A DNA stretch of 64,000 nucleotides from positions 224,001 to 288,000 of IMG/VR virus record IMGVR_UViG_3300021431_000075; one strand, written 5' to 3'. The position numbers were made by a program, and so were the translations under genes. The notes beneath the pieces are model-generated. The model had not been told where the DNA came from. It saw only the letters and a list, made by a program, of their open reading frames with translations, and did not search any database. Numbering within the stretch: position 1 is the first letter of the stretch; each line of letters begins with the position of its first letter. This stretch comes from a virus (Duplodnaviria; Caudoviricetes). Shown in pieces: positions 57,380 through 64,000 of this stretch.

Positions 57380-58825
57380 CTACGCGAGCTTGGACAGGAT
57401 ATATTTCTCTACATCCCTGCTGTTGAACGTGTAGTACCCTCCGCGCTTGTATTTCCGCAGCGACTTCACGTAGTCCACGAACTCCTGCTTCAGAAGGATG
57501 CATCTTGCTTCTTCAATGGAGAGACCCAGTATGTACAGTCCGCTGTACACGCCCTGTCCTTCATCTACGGATTCTATTTTAAGATCGCCGACATCCCTGA
57601 TGATGCAGTTCAGCGCAATCTTCTTCGTGCAGACGTCCTTGACTCCCTGGCTCCTTCCGAACCCGTACCAGACCGGGGAGTCGTTCCTTCTGTCCAGCAG
57701 TTCTGCCTTATGGCTTTCAAGGTAATCCCTGACTTCCTGCTGCCGGAACAGCTCGTCTTCCGGAACCGGCTGTCCGTCGCAGTAGTACGGAAACAGGCAT
57801 CTCGTCCACTTGCCGGTGGATGCCTTCACGACATCTATCGTGAAGTCGCTAATCGGAACATCGTCTCCTATGAACACGCGGTCGCAAAGCGTCGCGAATC
57901 CGTTCTTCACCCGCACGTTTCCCCTCGCGCTGCTGTTGATAATCGCGGATACCATATCGACAGTCTCCGGGTCCCCGAGTATGAGTCCGGCTTCCGTGAA
58001 CGCCTTGTCGAACGCCAGCGTCCTGAAGCCGCGGCTCTCTGTCATGACGTTCTCCTCGTTGAGCCTCGCGCTGCAGAAGCGGAATGTCGGAGAGCAGGAG
58101 TCGTGGACGAACAGCGAAATCGCCGCATATGTCGTCGCGTTCTCGAACACCTGCTCGTGACCGAAGTCTATGATGGTCCGGAGAGACCTCGACCGCCTGA
58201 TGTAGTCCCTCATCTCCCGTGCCGCCTTGCTCATGAACCAAGAGCTCGGCGTTATGTAGCACATCACGCCGTCCGGACTCATCATCGCGAATCCGATTTC
58301 AAAGAACGCGAGGTACAAGTCCGTCATTCCGGATTTCATGAAGCTGAACTCGTCTCTCATGTCCCGGTACGAGTCGCGCAGGTTATGCACTCTTACATAC
58401 GGAGGATTCCCTACGACGAAGTCCATTCTGCAGTCGTACTTCCGCTCTGTCAGCGCGTCGCACCTGCGCACATCCCAGTCAACTCCGTACACTCCGTTCT
58501 GCGCGGCTTCCTTGTTCAGATTATCCATGCACTCGGCAACCGCGTCCCCGTCTATGTCCATTCCGTGGATGTATGTTCCGAGGTCCTTCCTGAGCTTCTC
58601 GTAGCTTTCCGCGGACTTGTCATTCTTGATGAAGAACGCGGAGCAGTATCTCCGGACCGCGGATGTTAGGAACGCGCCGTCTCCGCAGCTGTTGTCCATG
58701 AGATGCTTCCCGAGGATTCCGGTCCCGTTGTACATGCACATGTCGAGTATCTTCCGGACTATCCATTTCGGAGTGAACACCTGTCCGGTTGTTTTCGTAT
58801 CTTTCATTTGCTTGTCTTTTTTCAT
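57380..58825 (-). CDS. N6-adenine DNA methyltransferase (gamma class, TaqI/Eco57I-like)
   Basis: GQVFTP, DNSCGDGAF, GNPPY, DLYLAF, YITPSSW, plus a C-terminal target-recognition region. Confidence 0.9.
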   Translation of the reverse strand: MKKDKQMKDTKTTGQVFTPKWIVRKILDMCMYNGTGILGKHLMDNSCGDGAFLTSAVRRYCSAFFIKNDKSAESYEKLRKDLGTYIHGMDIDGDAVAECMDNLNKEAAQNGVYGVDWDVRRCDALTERKYDCRMDFVVGNPPYVRVHNLRDSYRDMRDEFSFMKSGMTDLYLAFFEIGFAMMSPDGVMCYITPSSWFMSKAAREMRDYIRRSRSLRTIIDFGHEQVFENATTYAAISLFVHDSCSPTFRFCSARLNEENVMTESRGFRTLAFDKAFTEAGLILGDPETVDMVSAIINSSARGNVRVKNGFATLCDRVFIGDDVPISDFTIDVVKASTGKWTRCLFPYYCDGQPVPEDELFRQQEVRDYLESHKAELLDRRNDSPVWYGFGRSQGVKDVCTKKIALNCIIRDVGDLKIESVDEGQGVYSGLYILGLSIEEARCILLKQEFVDYVKSLRKYKRGGYYTFNSRDVEKYILSKLA

Positions 58826-59298
58826 AGATAGTTTGTATGCAGGACGTTGAACGCAGCCTCCTCTGTGTCGAATCTCATCACGGTTCCGTTCCTGTTCCTC
58901 TGCCGTATCCAGACAGGCTTTCTGAACAGACCGTACGAGATGTTGAACTCTATCACGTACTTGGACTTCTTTCCCTGCCTGATGCGGAAAAGCCCGATCC
59001 TGGTTCCGCCCCTCGGCTGATGCCGCTCCGTGTCCATCATCAGCGCGCTGACGAACCTTTCTGCGTCATTCCTGTACGAGTACCGGATTGCCTTTCCGAG
59101 AGCGTCTCTGAACCGTATCCACTTGTGTCCCACGAACAGCCTGCCCGGAACCTTGAACTCGATGAAGTATATCGCATCGAGCTTCACGCCGCCGTCCGGA
59201 TTCGCTGTCTCGTATGAGTACTTCCGGATCCGTATCCTGCTGTTGATATTTAACTTGAATAAACCCATGCTTTCCGAATAAAGTGATTCAATTTGCAA
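58822..59298 (-). CDS. Hypothetical basic protein with internal duplication (true start probably ~59268)
   Basis: Two RIR...Y(F/V)IEF...LF...WIR units. Promoter TAAATTTG at 59296-59303. Confidence 0.55.
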   Translation of the reverse strand: MQIESLYSESMGLFKLNINSRIRIRKYSYETANPDGGVKLDAIYFIEFKVPGRLFVGHKWIRFRDALGKAIRYSYRNDAERFVSALMMDTERHQPRGGTRIGLFRIRQGKKSKYVIEFNISYGLFRKPVWIRQRNRNGTVMRFDTEEAAFNVLHTNYL

Positions 59299-59365
59299 AT
59301 TTATGAATTATTTTCCGGTTCCGCAACATAATCAGGATTTAAAATCAACGAATTTAATGTAACTT

Positions 59366-60847
59366 TCATGTAACATTATTTTGTGCCAAGTTATTCTTTT
59401 TGAAAGAAATCTTCTTGGCATAAATCCTGTTAGACAAAAGTTTGGAGACAACTGTCTGACAATCAGACAGAGAGACGCGATACATCATTTTCGAGTCTGC
59501 TTTTAGAGCATAATAGATTTTCCTCAGGTCTATTTCAGAGTCCTTCAAGTTAAATACTTCCATCGTTCGCTCTATCTGTTCTCTGAAGTCATCAACGTTC
59601 GGAAACAATATGTTCTTTGTTTGTTTGAAATCTTTAACTTTATACTGGTGATAATATTCGTAAGTCCTACGTCCTATTTCGATTGATGCAAGGCACATGT
59701 CTGCATAACCGCAATCCCTAAATATGAAGTTGCCTACGAAACTGCTGTACTCGCACATCACTTCCAAGCACTCTATGTCATATTCAGCACAGTTCTTTCT
59801 TATGTTGTCAATCAAAGGTCTGCGGAGCCACTGGTTGTTTATAAGCCTGTTGAAGTTCGTTCCTTTCTTGTTGTCCTTTGTTACGATTGCAAGTTGCTCG
59901 TAGCCGAACAGAGAGCAACCGTAGTGAACTGCTATGCTTATTAAAGTTTTGGATATGAGAAATATCTCGTTGTGACGCTCGTTCTTTATCTTCTTTCTCT
60001 TTCTATGACTGCTTGGAAGATGCTGTCCTTTCAGTGCATTTTCTGCGTCATTAAGGTCCTTGATTGTAATAGTATTTGATTCTACTATATGGAAGTCGCT
60101 GTGTGACTTCCAGTCAACGACGCTCCATCCGACATAGTTGGGGTTCAGGTCTATCGCAAGAACCCTGTCTTGAATCTGCTTCGGTCTATTAACTATCTTG
60201 ACGTTCTTGTACAGTTTTTCAACAGAATAAGTTATATAAACAAATTCAGAGTCAATCTTGTAAGTGATTGGCATGTCACCCACAAGCTGATGCTCATAGA
60301 GCAGTCTTATAATCTTGAGATAATTCTTTGACAACCTTGCAGAGAACTTGACTTGTGTCCATTTCTTTCCCGGCATTAGTATTCTAATGCCGCTCAAGTC
60401 GTCAAGCAATCTGAACTTCCTGTTTCCATATAGTCTTGTTGAACCTGAGTCTGCCGTTCCTATACTGACGAGCGGAGAGAGCCTGCCGGCTCTCAATTCT
60501 TCCTTCGAAATCTTTCCGCTTCTATAGTCATTCATCAAAGACTTGCCGCCGAAGCAAGTTCGTATCTTCTTCTCACTTAACTTCTGCTGCTCTTTCTCGG
60601 TTTCGTATATTGCATTGCCTTCTTTTATTGCAGAATTCTTCAGCCAAGAGTCAAGCAAGTCTATGTCATTGTAGTTGTCAAACGAATTGAACTTTACAGG
60701 AAGTTCTTTCTCGTATTTCTTGAAAGCGGATCGTATGATGTGCGTCTGCTGTCTCTGCAAATCAGAAATCAACATACGGTCTTCGGTTGAACTGTATTCA
60801 ACCGGAATCTTTATCGTGCTGTATGTATCTTTCTGATTTTTAGACAT
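59366..60847 (-). CDS. tnpB: TnpB-related RuvC nuclease (IS200/IS605 accessory-protein-like), stand-alone
   Basis: RuvC-I LAIDLNP, RuvC-II YEQL, YSSFVGN, RuvC-III ADMCLASIEIGRR. No CxxC zinc finger, no adjacent tnpA, AT-rich. Confidence 0.7.
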   Translation of the reverse strand: MSKNQKDTYSTIKIPVEYSSTEDRMLISDLQRQQTHIIRSAFKKYEKELPVKFNSFDNYNDIDLLDSWLKNSAIKEGNAIYETEKEQQKLSEKKIRTCFGGKSLMNDYRSGKISKEELRAGRLSPLVSIGTADSGSTRLYGNRKFRLLDDLSGIRILMPGKKWTQVKFSARLSKNYLKIIRLLYEHQLVGDMPITYKIDSEFVYITYSVEKLYKNVKIVNRPKQIQDRVLAIDLNPNYVGWSVVDWKSHSDFHIVESNTITIKDLNDAENALKGQHLPSSHRKRKKIKNERHNEIFLISKTLISIAVHYGCSLFGYEQLAIVTKDNKKGTNFNRLINNQWLRRPLIDNIRKNCAEYDIECLEVMCEYSSFVGNFIFRDCGYADMCLASIEIGRRTYEYYHQYKVKDFKQTKNILFPNVDDFREQIERTMEVFNLKDSEIDLRKIYYALKADSKMMYRVSLSDCQTVVSKLLSNRIYAKKISFKKNNLAQNNVT

Positions 60848-61849
60848 TTTATGATACTTGTTATGACATAGTATATATCTTTAAAATATTTCATTATAAA
60901 GAATCTTTATCTTTGCATTGTGATATGAATTTATTAAAAACTGATACTATGTTTATATTTTATAATATAAAGAATAAAAAATAATTTATGAATTATAACA
61001 TTTCGGCAGAATGCATGCCGGCGACGAGAGCATGAGTCCTAATGATCGTTAAGCGGTTTACCATGCTCTGTCCATGCATAAATAAATGGTCAAACATCTG
61101 AACATCTAATATATGGAAAACATCAGATCCAGGCAGGCTGACAGGGAGACCGAGCAGTGGATTCGCAATCTTGTCCACTTGACTGTGGAACATTTCCGGG
61201 ACTCGTCTCTGCGTGAACGAAACCGGATTCACATCAGGAAGCACAGGCTTCCGTTCATGCGCCGCTGATTTCCATCATCCGGTTTTCCGGAAAAAAAGCA
61301 GCGAAAGTTTTCCGGATTCTTTTCCAGACTTTCCGGAACAGTTCGTTCAGCAGAGTGAATGCGTTTTCCTGGATCGCAAAAATCTGCTGAAGGATTCGCA
61401 GGATCGAAACGATGTTCCATGGTTTCTGACCGGAAAACATATTCGGTTTCACTCGTCATCCGGTCAGGAATCCGCGGTTCCTTTCATTATGTGTAAGGAT
61501 TCTTTAACATTTGGTTTCCGGATAAAACCTAACAATTCCTAATGCCTGCCGTATACGCGCGAGAGATGTTCTGAACGGTTTTTTCATGAGTGCGGATTCA
61601 CCCGCGGTTCCTTTGCTCCCGCAGTCAAAGAATCCGGTTTCCGGGACCGCAGTTCCATATATTCCGGACCGGAAACGAAAATACAAGTTTTCACAAAACG
61701 GCAGGAAATCCGTAGATTTCCGGCTCATCACTTCTGTACGGTTCCGTAGTTTTGGGACGGAAAACAAAAATACAAGTTTTCATGAAACGGTCCGGAATCC
61801 GTACATTTTCATAGCTCTCTTATTTTTTCAGGAGCTTGTTGAAACGCCG

Positions 61850-62180
61850 TGATATATAATATATTTATATATTATATATCTATAGCAAAGGCTGAATTTA
61901 ACAAAAATTTGGTTAATTTTATGAAAATTATGTTAATTTTTGTTAATTTTAACATAAATTTTGTTAAGAAATGTTAAACGGTGTTAAAGAAAGTTAAAGA
62001 AACCAAAATCTTTAGCTAACTTTAGCTAAAGTTAATTAAAATTAGCTAAATTTTAACATTTATTAACAATTATTAACAGATTTAACAATTATTAGGATTC
62101 TTTAGCTTAAGATTTTTTAACAAATCCTAAATTTAACAGAAATTAGGATTCCGGAACAGAGTTAGGAATCATTAACAGAT
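61850..62180. repeat. AT-rich platform of helically phased GTTAA/TTAAC boxes around an 18-bp palindrome
   Basis: GTTAA at 61932, 61942, 61963, 61973, 61983, 61993. TAACTTTAGCTAAAGTTA at 62017-62034. TTAAC at 62053, 62063, 62073, 62082. Confidence 0.75.
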
Positions 62181-63161
62181 TATTCAAGCCAAGTTCCAAA
62201 TTCCGAACTGTTGGTCTGCTGAACCGGGCTATCACGGTTCGTCGGTTGCGGTTCCCGGGCAGCAAGGTACCGGCTGAACAGTTTGGACAAGGCACCGGTC
62301 CGGATGTTCAAGGTTCACGGCAGGCAGGTCTCTCTACTCTGCTGTCTGCAAGCAGCGGCATCGGGCATGCTCAATCCGTTGTCTGTATGATGGAGTCTGC
62401 TGCAGACAAGAATCCGGTTCAATGGTTAAACAAAATCTGATGAGTAACAGTTTCAAATGCAACCATTGACAGTCATTCATGGTTATAACGGTTCAAAACG
62501 CAACCATTACATCTGTTGAACGGCACCGGTTCCAGAGATTTCAATGCAGCATTGTGCAGGCTGAATCCGGTTTGACGGACCGGCAATCCGGTTCTGTTTG
62601 TTAGCAACAAGCGGAACGTGTCCGGCATCTCACGGGATGGCAATGCAGTGTCGGATGAAACCGGATTCGCTTCCAGATTCGCTGCACGGGTCCTGCATGG
62701 CGCCATGTCTTGGCTTTGTGCTCCTTCAGGCAAAAGAACCGCATACTGCATATGGAGTCCTTGTGCAACGGTTGTCATCCGTTCAGCAGTCGCCACCTGT
62801 TCGGTAACGGTGAACGGCGCATGGTCGTTGAACGGTTCTGTGCAATGGAGCCTGATTTGGCACCAGATTCGCTGCGTACGGCTTTTTCATCATCCGGATG
62901 CTCTCTTGGCAGTCTTGACTTCCGAAAGCGTCCCTGGATGCGTTTTTAGTACATGCCGCCTTGCCGTCTCTATGGTTGGGCGCGGAACATCCACATCCGC
63001 TTCGGATGCTTGAACCTGCCATTCAATGTCTTTGTATCAGGAGACGTCGGTTCAAGCCCGCTCTCTGAGCAAGCGGTCCGGTTCAATGCGTCGATGCAGA
63101 AGCAGTGGAATATGACATCCGCATATGTTCGCACATATGAATGTCGGGAATATCCAAATCC

Positions 63162-63263
63162 GATAACCGGTTATCGGGGATATTTGAATATCCGTGCGAT
63201 ATCCAGATATATTCCGATATTCAAATGTCGGGGATATTTAAATATCGGCGATATTTAAATATC
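63162..63263. repeat. Cluster of GATA-N6-TATC palindromes (locus 3)
   Basis: Copies at 63162, 63179, 63216, 63233 and 63250 (17-bp period). Confidence 0.75.
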
Positions 63264-63318
63264 GTCAAAAAAGAGCTATATTTTGATGAAAAACGCGCTT
63301 TCAGAGCCTGAAAACGCG

Positions 63319-63870
63319 TCAAATCGAGAATTTTGCCTGCCTGATGCCGCCCTTCTGGGCTGTCCGGACTATCTTAAGCCCCCTTTTCCTGTACTTGTCA
63401 AGGGAATCGAGCGAAGCCAGCAGGTCCGACACCTTCTTGCACAGTATTCCGAGGTTTTCCGTGAACGAGAGCGCGAAATCGTAGCGCTGGGACCCTATGA
63501 CAAGCCTTGCGGAACCGTAGTGGCAGTCGATCGCGGCGAGGTTTCCAGTTTTCGACACCGCGAACAGCAGCCTGTACGTCCCGAACCACGGAACGTTGTC
63601 CGCTATGTACGAGTTGCAGAACGACTGCATGATCAGCTCGCCCCTTTCCGTACACAGTCCGTATGTTCCGGGGTCCTTCGCGAAGAGGTACCTGCGGATT
63701 TCCTCTATTGAGTCCGGATTGTTCATGTTTATCTGGTCGTCGAGCCATCTCTGTACGGACGGCACCACGGACGATGTCAGCTTCTCCGACAGCATCCTGT
63801 AAACATGCTTGGAAAGGGTCCTCATGACGGACTCGTACAGCCGTTTCTTGTGTGTTCTTGAAAGTCTCAT
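63319..63870 (-). CDS. Hypothetical protein with LYES leader
   Basis: HKKRLYESVMRTLSKHVYRMLSE. ATAAATA at 63876-63882. Confidence 0.7.
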   Translation of the reverse strand: MRLSRTHKKRLYESVMRTLSKHVYRMLSEKLTSSVVPSVQRWLDDQINMNNPDSIEEIRRYLFAKDPGTYGLCTERGELIMQSFCNSYIADNVPWFGTYRLLFAVSKTGNLAAIDCHYGSARLVIGSQRYDFALSFTENLGILCKKVSDLLASLDSLDKYRKRGLKIVRTAQKGGIRQAKFSI

Positions 63871-64000
63871 CAGTCTATTTATCAAATTAGCGCGACGAAT
63901 TCCCCGTCCGTGTCCATCGCGGGACCGTTCCCGTAGTCTGTCAGCAGGGTTCCGTCGCCGATGGGAACGTACCGGTTCCTGTCCGCGAACCAGTCCGGAT

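Noticed and set aside
57338-58669. Long antisense ORFs (also 37462..38679, 29104..30186, 13151..14041, 26827..27855)
   Set aside because: Shadow frames of real genes with strong codon bias, with no motifs or promoters.
59366-60847. Calling the RuvC protein a Cas12 effector
   Set aside because: No adjacent array. The only array has a matching type II tracrRNA and Cas9.
1-64000. Alternative genetic code (TAG recoding as in Lak/crAss-like phages)
   Set aside because: Genes are full length in the standard code, and TAG ends genes right before terminators (e.g. 11862, 57298).

Overview
This is a gene-dense, mostly minus-strand 64-kb segment of a large (jumbo-type) dsDNA phage that probably infects a Bacteroidota host. 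The host call rests on more than 10 TAnnTTTG (-7) promoters with a TTG-type -33 element 19-20 nt upstream, and on Bacteroidota-type Cas9 and accessory genes. A second, T4-late-like ATAAATA promoter class precedes the endolysin, holin-like, tail-collar and putative virion cargo genes. The most notable element is a compact phage-borne type II-C CRISPR-Cas9 module: a tracrRNA with its own promoter and terminator (17549-17648, minus), a 1445-aa Cas9 with intact catalytic motifs (17729-22066), and a 10-repeat array with drifting repeats (22110-22715). No cas1/cas2 is present in the window. Other unexplained structure includes a promoter-driven ~420-nt structured ncRNA next to an orphan TnpB-type omega-RNA-like element (55.85-56.76 kb) and a stand-alone TnpB-like RuvC nuclease. 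There are also six tandem paralogs of an unknown ~300-aa family, a degenerate PycC-like cyclase, a shared N-terminal 'LYES...LxE' leader on diverse late genes, an iteron/hairpin origin-like region, clustered GATA-N6-TATC palindromes and a phased TTAAC platform. Routine cargo includes four orphan DNA methyltransferases, tRNA-Arg(CCT), a CCA-adding enzyme, a NUDIX hydrolase and a radical SAM enzyme. All family assignments come from motif recognition by eye; no searches were run.
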